This document shows, in pieces, positions 18,740 to 27,772 of a DNA stretch of 64,000 bases. A program made the position numbers and the translations under genes. This DNA comes from a virus (lineage: Duplodnaviria > Caudoviricetes), in the IMG/VR virus record IMGVR_UViG_3300025707_000484. The stretch is one strand, 5' to 3'. The notes below the pieces were generated by a model, which did not search any database, was not told where the DNA came from, and was given only the letters and a program-made list of their open reading frames with translations. Each line of letters begins with the position of its first letter. Positions within the stretch are counted from its first letter, which is position 1.

Positions 18740-20187
18740 TACTGCCAGTTAATTTTATCTACTGTAAACGGATATTCTGCCTCCCTATAAAAACTTTTCC
18801 TTTTTGTTAAGTGACGTTTTGCAAACTTACAAGTACTCGTTATATCCCATATTTGCACAAAGTCCTTGTCCTCTGCTTTACGGACGCCACGCCCGATGCT
18901 CTGTATAACCCGCACAAAACTTTTTCCTGGTTCTATTAACACAAGATTAAATATTCGCGGGATGTTAATTCCTACTGATGCAACGCCATACGTTGCTATA
19001 ATGATTTTTGCTTCTGCTGTACGTACTTCATCATAATGCTCTTTACGCTCATCCGCTTTTGTAGCACCACTGATGAATACACTATCCTTTAATTTTAATT
19101 GTATTGCTTTACCAGCACTAATTCTGTCTACAAGTATAAGTGTATTGCCACTCTTTTTAACATCATTTAAAAACTCGCCTATATACGATACCCTATCCTC
19201 GTTAGTAAGCAAATACTTTAATTCGCTTTGATAGTTATTATACTCACCATAGTCCTGTAACTGCACGATATTCACGTGACAGTTTGCCAGAACGCCCTTC
19301 TCCTGCAAATCGGCGGCAGCTACCCTATTGACTACTTCCCCTATGCTGACACGCAGTGACATCCATTCGAATTGCTCCTTGGGTATGGTTCCAGTTAAAC
19401 CCCAACGTATGGGTACATGAGACAATTGCTGGGTCAGTAACTGCTTGAGCACGTCTGCCTTACTCTGATGTACCTCATCTACTATCACACAGCAAACGTC
19501 CTCTATAAAGTCTTCAAACGTTATATCTGCTTGAGCATTACGAGTACGCTTCATCAGTATATTAAGGGATTGCCACGTACATATAGTATGAGTGTGTCCA
19601 AACTCTTTTCTATCTCCATAGAACACACCTACATCTAAACCCAAGTTGGCATAGTCTTCCTCTGTTTGAGTAACTAAACTCTTATTGGGTACTATAACTA
19701 TTGTCCTACCATATGGCTCACATTTGTGACTGAGTATTGCTGTAACAAGTGTCTTACCAGCACCAGTAGCAACCTCTTGAATGGACTGCGGGGATTGTAG
19801 AAAGTTATTGATAACCTCTACTTGGTAATCTCGCAATATAATAGGTTGCCCTTCGTGCGTATGTTTTTTAGGCCATTTATATTCACTATAACTAACTTCA
19901 GTTACTGGCTCAAATACTAAATCAACTGGCTTACGATAATCTATCAGATCAATTTTATAATTAGAAATGTCATCTAATATGTCTGGCAAGAGATTAATAA
20001 ACGTGCTACCGCCCAATTGGAAGAAACTTATTTTGCCATCCCAGCGTCCTAAACGAACTGCTGGCATAAATCGCGCATGAGGAATATCGAATTTAAACTT
20101 ATTAGATAACTTTCGTCTATCCGTTAAGTCTAATCCCTCAAATTTACAATTTACTTCGTCTTTTAAATATAACTTACACTTTGGCAT
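18739..20187 (-). CDS. uvsW: UvsW-like SF2 DNA helicase
   Basis: LRDYQ, ATGAGKT, DEVH, GLTGT, QSIGRGVR; start set at MPKC. Confidence 0.92.
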   Translation of the reverse strand: MPKCKLYLKDEVNCKFEGLDLTDRRKLSNKFKFDIPHARFMPAVRLGRWDGKISFFQLGGSTFINLLPDILDDISNYKIDLIDYRKPVDLVFEPVTEVSYSEYKWPKKHTHEGQPIILRDYQVEVINNFLQSPQSIQEVATGAGKTLVTAILSHKCEPYGRTIVIVPNKSLVTQTEEDYANLGLDVGVFYGDRKEFGHTHTICTWQSLNILMKRTRNAQADITFEDFIEDVCCVIVDEVHQSKADVLKQLLTQQLSHVPIRWGLTGTIPKEQFEWMSLRVSIGEVVNRVAAADLQEKGVLANCHVNIVQLQDYGEYNNYQSELKYLLTNEDRVSYIGEFLNDVKKSGNTLILVDRISAGKAIQLKLKDSVFISGATKADERKEHYDEVRTAEAKIIIATYGVASVGINIPRIFNLVLIEPGKSFVRVIQSIGRGVRKAEDKDFVQIWDITSTCKFAKRHLTKRKSFYREAEYPFTVDKINWQ

Positions 20188-21124
20188 AATAATTTTGACC
20201 AGGCCCAACCATTCCTTCCTTTGATTTTATATTACTATAATAACATACTTTGGGTATTTGGTCAATTAAAATGTTAAAACTATTCTCGTTTACCATTCGT
20301 GTAAAAAATATCATTTGTGGTTCAATATTACTTTGTATCAATGTTTGTATTGAATAACTATAATAAACATCACAATTAGACTTCATCTTGTGACTTGGTG
20401 GTAATAACACTACACTAATTTTATTTTTATTCACTAATTTATTAACTACTTTAGTTACTAATTCACTATAGTGTCCTAAATTAGGATCTTCGTTATTGTC
20501 TGGCTTATAAAATACTATAGGTGTTCTCTTATACTTTAGAGCGTATTGTATAATCTGCTCAAGTTTAGAATGCTCATTTTTACTGCCAGTAAACAACGTC
20601 ACATATTGATTATTGAGCATTGTATGCTCTACTGAATCGTCTAATAAACCTAAAACGTTACTACTTAATCCATAACACAACTCAATAGACTTATCTATTA
20701 ATTGCCACACATTTTCAACTTTATTCTGCTTAAGATATTCTATCAATTCATCACTAGCATTTTTCATAATAGGTTTGCCATTTATGAAATCTAACTGAAT
20801 AAGATGATTGTGAATTTCTGATTGTACTTTTTCTATTTCATCTAAATAATAGCAAACATCTTCATCAAAAATAACATCTTCTTCCATATCATTATTACGC
20901 AAATAATTAGCAAGAAATAATAAATTGGGTTCGCTTAAATTAAAAATCCAAGCATCTTCTTCCGGGTCATAATAAACATTTTGGGCCGCTTCCTTAACAT
21001 ACTCATAAAATTGCTGTGATATTTTTTGGACATACGAAGTGCCCCATTGTTCTAAATCGAACTCAGGCACCCTTACGTGAATACTATCGTCTTGTATGGA
21101 AACTTGCCAGCAATTATATTTCAT
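20174..21124 (-). CDS. hypothetical protein
   Basis: 316-aa ORF coupled to uvsW. Confidence 0.75.
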   Translation of the reverse strand: MKYNCWQVSIQDDSIHVRVPEFDLEQWGTSYVQKISQQFYEYVKEAAQNVYYDPEEDAWIFNLSEPNLLFLANYLRNNDMEEDVIFDEDVCYYLDEIEKVQSEIHNHLIQLDFINGKPIMKNASDELIEYLKQNKVENVWQLIDKSIELCYGLSSNVLGLLDDSVEHTMLNNQYVTLFTGSKNEHSKLEQIIQYALKYKRTPIVFYKPDNNEDPNLGHYSELVTKVVNKLVNKNKISVVLLPPSHKMKSNCDVYYSYSIQTLIQSNIEPQMIFFTRMVNENSFNILIDQIPKVCYYSNIKSKEGMVGPGQNYYAKV

Positions 21125-21130
21125 ATCAAT

Positions 21131-21155
21131 AAAAAGGGAGGCTCATGGGCCTCCC
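21131..21155 (-). terminator. intrinsic terminator of the early module
   Basis: GGGAGGC/GCCTCCC stem followed by T5 on the minus strand. Confidence 0.8.
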
Positions 21156-21165
21156 CGAAGCTTAT

Positions 21166-21199
21166 AGATACTTATAGTTGGAGCGATACTAAAGTATCT
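21166..21199 (-). promoter_or_regulatory. 3'-UTR hairpin with anti-RBS loop
   Basis: 12-bp stem with one bulge; loop ATCGCTCCA. Confidence 0.55.
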
Positions 21200-21219
21200 T
21201 TTAGGAAATTGTTATTATT

Positions 21220-22284
21220 TTAGTTAGCCGACGCCTGCTTACTGACGCGGGTCATAACCGTTGTCTCCGCTAGGCGCTTCCAGTTGTCTTTCGACATTTT
21301 ACGCAGGTCACCAATCTTCAGTGCCATACGTAGGCTCATTTCCCGAAGCCTATCCTTGTTTTCTTCCATGTAGTCCAAAATCTCGTCCTCATCGGAAGAC
21401 TTAAACCCGTATCCTACAAACAACTCACCATTCTTGGCAATGTCCTTAATACGGAGTATTTTGTCGCGCATTGTATCGAGCGTCAAATCCAGGTAATGGC
21501 AACGCGACTGAAGTGCGTCCAAGTGATCTTTGATCTTCTTGCTCCGGACGTTTTCAAACTTCACGTTGGTGATAAAGATCGCTGAGCCATTAAAGTCAAA
21601 CATATTCGGAATCCCTTCCGCTCTCAGTTTAGCACTATCAGCATTCCAGTGGATTCGGCGTCTCTTACCTGAGTCCAATGCCGCTTTCAGTATGTTGAGT
21701 GACAAGTCATCAAACAATACAGTGTCGCAGTCATCAAACACTAGCACATTGTTCTTGTCGCTGTATTCATACAGTTTGGCGTAAAGTCCAAGGGCAGTCA
21801 TCGCGCCTTTGACTACGTCATAACGTATCTTCTTACCAGCAATCTTGTCAAACAATACGGCTTTCTCAAGAGTGGTTTCCACAATGTAGGACTTACCAAC
21901 CCCTGGAGGGCCTGTTACGATCATTGCTCGAACATCACCATCGATTGTGGCTTGGGTCATACTGCCCAAGATCTCAAATCGCTCTGCAATGCGAGCCATA
22001 ACCTCAGTGTCGGTCTCCCCCGCTTCAACAGAGGCGCCAACCATTTTAGCGGCCGCTTCTTCTGCTACTGACTCACCCACACGTTCATAATGTAGTGGGG
22101 AATCTACCTTAACACGGATGTTCCGCTGAGGGTAAGCAGAGTTGCCAGTTCCATCAACTGTGATGTAACCACCTTTTTTGCCCACTTTATAATCGCGGAC
22201 CAATGGGAATACTACATCTTCAACTATCCCACCGGGTGCATCCGCGTGGTATCCTTTCGTTACTGAAACATATTGTGTTGACAT
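21220..22284 (-). CDS. AAA+/P-loop ATPase (early protein)
   Basis: GPPGVGKS, LVFDDCD, FITN, ALQSR. Confidence 0.88.
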   Translation of the reverse strand: MSTQYVSVTKGYHADAPGGIVEDVVFPLVRDYKVGKKGGYITVDGTGNSAYPQRNIRVKVDSPLHYERVGESVAEEAAAKMVGASVEAGETDTEVMARIAERFEILGSMTQATIDGDVRAMIVTGPPGVGKSYIVETTLEKAVLFDKIAGKKIRYDVVKGAMTALGLYAKLYEYSDKNNVLVFDDCDTVLFDDLSLNILKAALDSGKRRRIHWNADSAKLRAEGIPNMFDFNGSAIFITNVKFENVRSKKIKDHLDALQSRCHYLDLTLDTMRDKILRIKDIAKNGELFVGYGFKSSDEDEILDYMEENKDRLREMSLRMALKIGDLRKMSKDNWKRLAETTVMTRVSKQASAN

Positions 22285-22307
22285 AATTCGCTCCTGTATG
22301 TCGTTGG

Positions 22308-22691
22308 TTAAACTAATTCGTAGGGTTTACTGTAGTTCCCTACTTCGAGGTTGAAGTAAAAAGCGGTATGGAAATAATCCACCATCGCATCACTCTTGTC
22401 AAACCATTCCCGGCCGCCTTCTGCTTTACCGGGTGCTGTCTTAATGACATCAACAATGTCATCAAACAATTTGGCATGTTCACCATACATGTGAGTGTGG
22501 TAATGATTGACCTGAGCATACCCGCGATCACCTTCACGCATTATGTCGGAAAAATCAACATTGCCCTTCTTAATGGTAACTGTCACCGATGAGTGATGTT
22601 GCTTCTTTACTCCAAATTTCAACTCGGGTCCGAATTCCTCTTTAAGAGTTTCTCGGATTGCCTTTACTTCGTTTGTTCGTATATAAGCCAT
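22308..22691 (-). CDS. LPD29-like (large polyvalent protein-associated domain) early protein
   Basis: IRETLKEEF..LKFGV; WFDKSDAMVDYF. Confidence 0.6.
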   Translation of the reverse strand: MAYIRTNEVKAIRETLKEEFGPELKFGVKKQHHSSVTVTIKKGNVDFSDIMREGDRGYAQVNHYHTHMYGEHAKLFDDIVDVIKTAPGKAEGGREWFDKSDAMVDYFHTAFYFNLEVGNYSKPYELV

Positions 22692-22697
22692 TACGCC

Positions 22698-22952
22698 TTA
22701 TCTCCGTGAGTGGTGGTTGGTTTCAACTACGCATCTTGGGACGCCATAACGGCCATCCATATTCCAACGATGCGTCAATTTGCCTTCGATCCCATACCGT
22801 TCAACAGTAAGGGGCGTATCAAACCCGCCTTTGAGCAGGTTAAATTCTGCAACCGCATCCATAAGGGTAGCGGTGGATGCGGATATAAAAATCCGGGCAC
22901 CACCTAGTATGGGTTCACGGTAAAAAACTTTAAAACAGCCTTGATCTAACAC
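22698..22952 (-). CDS. hypothetical early protein
   Basis: 84 aa, GTG start, first gene after the sigma70-like promoter. Confidence 0.5.
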   Translation of the reverse strand: MLDQGCFKVFYREPILGGARIFISASTATLMDAVAEFNLLKGGFDTPLTVERYGIEGKLTHRWNMDGRYGVPRCVVETNHHSRR

Positions 22953-22986
22953 TTGGGTAACTCTCTGTTTCTTAACTTACTATACT

Positions 22987-23041
22987 AGTCTAACATATCG
23001 AGCAGATCTGTCACTCTTTTTATGACGCTAAGTGCTTGATT
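22987..23041 (-). promoter_or_regulatory. early sigma70-like promoter with upstream IHF-consensus site
   Basis: GTGACA-16 nt-(TGT)TAGACT; AATCAAGCACTTA at 23029-23041 matches WATCAAnnnnTTR. Confidence 0.55.
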
Positions 23042-23110
23042 TCATTGAAGAACGACAAATTTCTGATATTTCTGGTGAAAAATTGCTGAAATTGCTGGTT
23101 TTCTGAGCAT

Positions 23111-23165
23111 TAACCCGATACTTTATAGGGTATCTAGGGCAATAACCCGATATTTTATAGGGTAT
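23111..23165. repeat. two 23-bp direct repeats, each with internal dyad symmetry
   Basis: TAACCCGATA(C/T)TTTATAGGGTAT at 23111-23133 and 23143-23165. Confidence 0.85.
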
Positions 23166-23191
23166 TTGAGGTATATTAGGAACTGCTTATA

Positions 23192-24085
23192 TTAGGGTTT
23201 GCTACTGGACTTGGTTTTCTTAGCCTTTTTCTTAGCCTTTTTCTTAGCCTTCTTTTTCGTAGTTTTCTTAAGAGTTTTCCACTTATCATTAACGCCTTTA
23301 ACCTTCTTTAAATTGTCTATGGTAATATCTATTTCTTTTGGATACGCAAAAATATTAATTATCTGGCTAGTTGGATCATCAAATATACATCCCTTACTCT
23401 CAAAAAAGTTATCAGGATTAAAATTATTTGAAGGAACCCAATATGCTTCATAACCAATATCTTTAACAAACTGGAATAATTCTTTTGTATTTTCCTGTGC
23501 CTCGCACATAATAAAAGGACGATGTTGGGAAAACAATTTCTCACCTGTTTGTAGTATATCTGCTTCATTACCACTTACATTAACTTTTACTAAACCACAA
23601 TGCTCTAATCCAATATCATCCAATTTAAACACAGCACATTGTTCTAAAGTATCACCACTATCCTTAATAGTAGTTTTTAAATTACCATGATCTATTTCAT
23701 CATTAATATTATTAATAGGAATATATAAAGGACGTTGAGTACCTATCGCCGCTTTAAAATGTTGTGCGTTGAATGCGTTGTTGAGGGTTAAATTGGTGAC
23801 TAAAAAATAATAATTTAAATCACTAGGTTCAAAACTTAAAATTTTACCTTCATCTCCAACTAATTTACTGTAAAAAACAGAATGAATACCGATATTAGCT
23901 CCTACATCAACTACATTAGTGCCTGGACGTATAATTTGTGATGCTAATGCCAATTCTGCTTCTGCGTATTCGCCATAATTATCTAAACTACGACCAATTA
24001 CAACATCATTTAAATTATAAGCAAAATCACCATGCTTACATTGTTTTACTCGTACACTACCTTGTGATACAATTGGAAATCCCAT
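23192..24085 (-). CDS. FkbM-family methyltransferase with Lys-rich C-terminal tail
   Basis: VVDVGANIG, SFEP; tail KKTTKKKAKKKAKKKAKK. Confidence 0.88.
   Translation of the reverse strand: MGFPIVSQGSVRVKQCKHGDFAYNLNDVVIGRSLDNYGEYAEAELALASQIIRPGTNVVDVGANIGIHSVFYSKLVGDEGKILSFEPSDLNYYFLVTNLTLNNAFNAQHFKAAIGTQRPLYIPINNINDEIDHGNLKTTIKDSGDTLEQCAVFKLDDIGLEHCGLVKVNVSGNEADILQTGEKLFSQHRPFIMCEAQENTKELFQFVKDIGYEAYWVPSNNFNPDNFFESKGCIFDDPTSQIINIFAYPKEIDITIDNLKKVKGVNDKWKTLKKTTKKKAKKKAKKKAKKTKSSSKP
23215..23250. repeat. 12-bp tandem repeat x3 encoding KKAK units
   Basis: TTTTCTTAGCCT x3. Confidence 0.85.
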
Positions 24086-24093
24086 AATATTAC

Positions 24094-24858
24094 TTATACC
24101 CTTTTACTATAATCTGTTATTGTCCCATTCATCCATGTTAACAACAGAGCAGTTTCATCAAAATAATTCTTACTCTGTATCATTTTATGTGTGCTTTTAG
24201 GCAACACACCCCTATCCATTAGATCAACCATTGTTAAATCAAACGGATCATCTGGTTCATTCCAGTTGCGAGCTGGTTTTACAACCGCATATATATTACG
24301 ATTGTTTTCTAATTTTTGAAAGTACCCGCCTTGACAATCCCAACCAGACATTGCTAAATGTCGTATTAATATAGGTAAATTATAATAATTTCTATCATAC
24401 TGATCAAATTTACTTTTTAAACGATTATATTCCATATCTAAAGTTTGCGGCACAGCGAGCAGTAGTAATGAGTAATCTGTCATTACTCGCCTTATTTCTA
24501 TTAATCCTTGTACTGGATCTTTTAATTGCTGTAAAGTATGATGACACCAACCCATATTAAATTCGTCATCTTTATAAGGCATTGATAATATATCACCTTG
24601 AACTCTATCAAACTTGTCTGTTTTTGAATCTATTAAATCTATGCCTGAAACTTTTGTATAATTAGCATATTGGTCATTTTCATCAAATGGTGCTTGATTG
24701 CAAAACCATTGAGTTATCGAACCATCACCACATCCAAAATCACAAATATGAATCATATTAGTAAATAATTCTGCTGACACTACTTTAAAAAATTCATCAG
24801 CTGAATTTTTTAAGTGTAAATGTTCACCAATCATCCTTCGTTTTTGATCAGAATTCAT
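24094..24858 (-). CDS. class I SAM-dependent methyltransferase
   Basis: DFGCGDG, GIDL, GDILSMPY. Confidence 0.85.
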   Translation of the reverse strand: MNSDQKRRMIGEHLHLKNSADEFFKVVSAELFTNMIHICDFGCGDGSITQWFCNQAPFDENDQYANYTKVSGIDLIDSKTDKFDRVQGDILSMPYKDDEFNMGWCHHTLQQLKDPVQGLIEIRRVMTDYSLLLLAVPQTLDMEYNRLKSKFDQYDRNYYNLPILIRHLAMSGWDCQGGYFQKLENNRNIYAVVKPARNWNEPDDPFDLTMVDLMDRGVLPKSTHKMIQSKNYFDETALLLTWMNGTITDYSKRV

Positions 24859-25313
24859 TATACTGTAACGTCCTCCATTCCTGAAGTTCTCAATCTTATT
24901 ATATTACTTACCTGAAATTGCTTAACATCTAATCCCTTAATAACTCCTAACCATTTATTTCGTACAAGTGCGACTTCATTTATAATTGTTTCGAGGTCTA
25001 TTACCTCGTCTTCTCCATCGACATACTTTTCAACATCGCGGGAGGTCAGGGCCCGCTGATAATTCTCTAAATAACTCTTAAAGTGCTTACGCCTTACTTT
25101 TCTTAATTGAATGTTTAGAAACTGTAATATTGCTTCTATTTCTTGTAACTGGTTAAACCTGTGCTCTACAATGCCAGGTAATTCAGACGAATTCTTCTCT
25201 AATATTCCTTTTATTTTAACATCTTTTTTTGCTGGTATTAATTCACCTTCATAATACTCTAATGCATCAGGAATATTGATCAAATCTTGAACTATTTTAT
25301 TATACCAAGTCAT
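24858..25313 (-). CDS. uvsY: UvsY recombination mediator
   Basis: DVEKYVDGE..KQFQVSNII pattern; close to uvsX. Confidence 0.8.
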   Translation of the reverse strand: MTWYNKIVQDLINIPDALEYYEGELIPAKKDVKIKGILEKNSSELPGIVEHRFNQLQEIEAILQFLNIQLRKVRRKHFKSYLENYQRALTSRDVEKYVDGEDEVIDLETIINEVALVRNKWLGVIKGLDVKQFQVSNIIRLRTSGMEDVTV

Positions 25314-25316
25314 ATA

Positions 25317-25532
25317 TCACCAGTCGTCTTCGTCATCAAATTCCTCAACATCATTTAAGTCTTCTAATGCTTGAGCAATTACTGGACAGTTATCTGCCAA
25401 CTCACTCAACGTGTCAGCAGTAGTGTCCTCATTTAAATAATTGACAATTTGTTCCGCGGCTGATGATACTTCTTTTTTTGGTATATATGCTTTAAGTATG
25501 TCCCAAATATTTACTAGAACAGTATCTTCCAC
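25317..25532 (-). CDS. small acidic hypothetical protein
   Basis: 71 aa, GTG start with SD GAGG; ATAAATA at 25555-25561. Confidence 0.7.
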   Translation of the reverse strand: MEDTVLVNIWDILKAYIPKKEVSSAAEQIVNYLNEDTTADTLSELADNCPVIAQALEDLNDVEEFDDEDDW

Positions 25533-25562
25533 AAATGATCCTCGTTTTTAGAGTTATTTATG

Positions 25563-26612
25563 TTAATCGGCCGTTTCTTCCTCTTGTGCTGATACGTTAA
25601 AATTGCGAGCAACAAGGTCTTCCATTACGATATCTAACTTCTCTCCAATCCAACCTTTCCTAAACTCTAAAATTTCTGTACCATCTTTACAAATGTATTT
25701 TAACCTATTTCCTTGCTTCGCAACCCAGGACTGTGCTTCAAACATCTCAAGTAATCCACTATATGGATCCATGCCTTGTTCATAAGGAATTTTAACATGA
25801 ACTCCCTCAAATGGTTTTGCGTAACGAGTTTTCATTACTTTACAAGCGGCTCGTATACCGTGTACTTGTGATGTTTTAGTTCCTTCGCTATCTTCTTTTA
25901 ACTTTAAAAGTTTCATAGCAATTACTATTGAAGATGCATAAATGAACCCTTGTCCACCACTAATTTTATCATCTGGATTAAACATATCTTGTGATGCATA
26001 AGTGTGATTAGTTGCTACTAAACCAACATTATATCCACCAAACATATTAACGCAATTACGAACTAATGCTGTTAATGCTTTAGGTTTACGACCCAAATCA
26101 CCTTTCATATCACCTCTATCAAACTGATCTACATCAGTTTGAGTTAATAACATACCAAGTGAATCAATAACAAATAATATCTTAGGGCGTTCTTCCTCAG
26201 ACATTAATTTATAATCTTTCATAAATGTACTAATGGTTTTAGCGACATCATCGATCATACTCATACTCAATCGCATTATTTTATCTTCGTCAGTACTGAC
26301 GCCGATTCGTTCTAACCACTCTTTATCAAGAGCATTTTCACTATCTATTAATACTACAAAAATTCCTTGTTCTTGAGCGGCCTTTACAATATTGCCTGCC
26401 GCAATATACGACTTTCCTGAACCTGATTCTCCGGCAAGTACTGTTACTCTGCCAAGTGGAACTCCTTTATAAAAGTCTCCACTTACGAGATAATTGAGAC
26501 AATAGTTGCCTAATGAGATCCAGTCTGTTGGATCGTTAAAACCTACAGATAATCCATCTATAGATTTTGTAATATCTCGTCTAAATTTACTTACGTCAAA
26601 TGGTTTTACCAT
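25563..26612 (-). CDS. uvsX: UvsX/RecA-like recombinase
   Basis: GESGSGKS, IDSENA, VIDSLG, SGG.G. Confidence 0.95.
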   Translation of the reverse strand: MVKPFDVSKFRRDITKSIDGLSVGFNDPTDWISLGNYCLNYLVSGDFYKGVPLGRVTVLAGESGSGKSYIAAGNIVKAAQEQGIFVVLIDSENALDKEWLERIGVSTDEDKIMRLSMSMIDDVAKTISTFMKDYKLMSEEERPKILFVIDSLGMLLTQTDVDQFDRGDMKGDLGRKPKALTALVRNCVNMFGGYNVGLVATNHTYASQDMFNPDDKISGGQGFIYASSIVIAMKLLKLKEDSEGTKTSQVHGIRAACKVMKTRYAKPFEGVHVKIPYEQGMDPYSGLLEMFEAQSWVAKQGNRLKYICKDGTEILEFRKGWIGEKLDIVMEDLVARNFNVSAQEEETAD

Positions 26613-26643
26613 AATTGTTTCCTAAAGAAATTCTATAATTATA

Positions 26644-26673
26644 ATATGTGGAGCGGTTTCCCGCCCCACATAT
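26644..26673 (-). terminator. stem-loop after gp32 (terminator or mRNA stabiliser)
   Basis: 13-bp stem with a GAAA tetraloop on the minus strand; weak U-tract. Confidence 0.65.
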
Positions 26674-26683
26674 CTAACTTATT

Positions 26684-27637
26684 TTACTGATTCTGTCTTG
26701 AGCGGATAGTCGCTAAAATATCCTCTGCTTTAGAACCGCCACTACTCTTTGGAGTTTCGGAGACACTCGCTTCTTGTTTTGCTTCCTTTTCCTCAGTTGC
26801 GGCAGTGGATGCTACTGGGGCGGCGGAAGTTCTTGTTCCATTATCCGGTGTTGCAAAACCAGATGGACGGAAATACTGACCATAAAGATCAGGATCATAC
26901 TGACCGCCATCAACAGATGCTTCAAACATGTCTTTAATGACATTTACTGCTGTCTCTTCAGGTTTCTTTGGAAGGAAGTCACTCAAATTCCAAAGTCCAT
27001 GTTCAGTAATAGCACCCATCTCATCTTTATCTAACGCTCGTTCACGTCGTGACCAGGATGATGTTGAGTAATCAGAATAGCCGCCTTTTGTTGTCTTTGT
27101 CAAACGGAAATCCAAACCCTGCATATAGTCAACTGGAAGTTCCTCTAACTCAGGATCCATCAAAGCCGCTTTTAAGATTTGGAAAATCTGTGGACCGATA
27201 ATAAATCGGCGAATGGGATTTTCTGGAACTGTGTCTTCTGCGAGAGGACTATCCAAAACAAATCCTTGGAAAACGTAAGAACGCTTTTTCCAATATTTCC
27301 GACCCATATCCTCAAGGGATGAGTCTTTGAACCAAGTGCGAACCTCGGTCAATACTGGGCAAGTTTCTCCAAACATTTCCATACAGGGAACCTGTACAAA
27401 GCAGTTTTTAGAATCATTGTCTCCTTTAATACCTTGAAAAGGAAGCCTGATCATAAGTCTTTCTGCCCAAAAGAACGGATTGCTCTCGTTTAAGTCGGGT
27501 AGAAATCGTAATACTGCTGTGGATTGCTCTGGGATATTCCAGAATGGGTAAATGGCGTTATCGCCACTAAATTTAGAACCGCTACTTTTATTGTCTTGTG
27601 CCTGTAGCCGCGCACGTATGTCTGCTAATGATGCCAT
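26684..27637 (-). CDS. gp32: single-stranded DNA-binding protein (gp32-like)
   Basis: LRFLPD, CPV, YWKKRSY, GLDFRLTK..YSTS; start MASLADIR. Confidence 0.9.
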   Translation of the reverse strand: MASLADIRARLQAQDNKSSGSKFSGDNAIYPFWNIPEQSTAVLRFLPDLNESNPFFWAERLMIRLPFQGIKGDNDSKNCFVQVPCMEMFGETCPVLTEVRTWFKDSSLEDMGRKYWKKRSYVFQGFVLDSPLAEDTVPENPIRRFIIGPQIFQILKAALMDPELEELPVDYMQGLDFRLTKTTKGGYSDYSTSSWSRRERALDKDEMGAITEHGLWNLSDFLPKKPEETAVNVIKDMFEASVDGGQYDPDLYGQYFRPSGFATPDNGTRTSAAPVASTAATEEKEAKQEASVSETPKSSGGSKAEDILATIRSRQNQ

Positions 27638-27703
27638 AATAATATGCCTCTTGTCTGTTATTTGCCTAAAATGTGCCTGATCATACAATGCACATTAATA
27701 TAC

Positions 27704-27732
27704 ATTATATGATATTGTATTTAGTTTGTCAA
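27704..27732 (-). promoter_or_regulatory. consensus sigma70 promoter for gp32 with an embedded late box
   Basis: TTGACA-17 nt-TATAAT; CTAAATA lies within the spacer. Confidence 0.85.
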
Positions 27733-27772
27733 GTAAAAAGAGGGTGTTTTATGGTTTTTTAAAGATTTTATC

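Noticed and set aside
22953-23191. tRNA genes in this or other large intergenic gaps (2279-2407, 58457-58693)
   Set aside because: No cloverleaf or T-loop GTTCRA signature found
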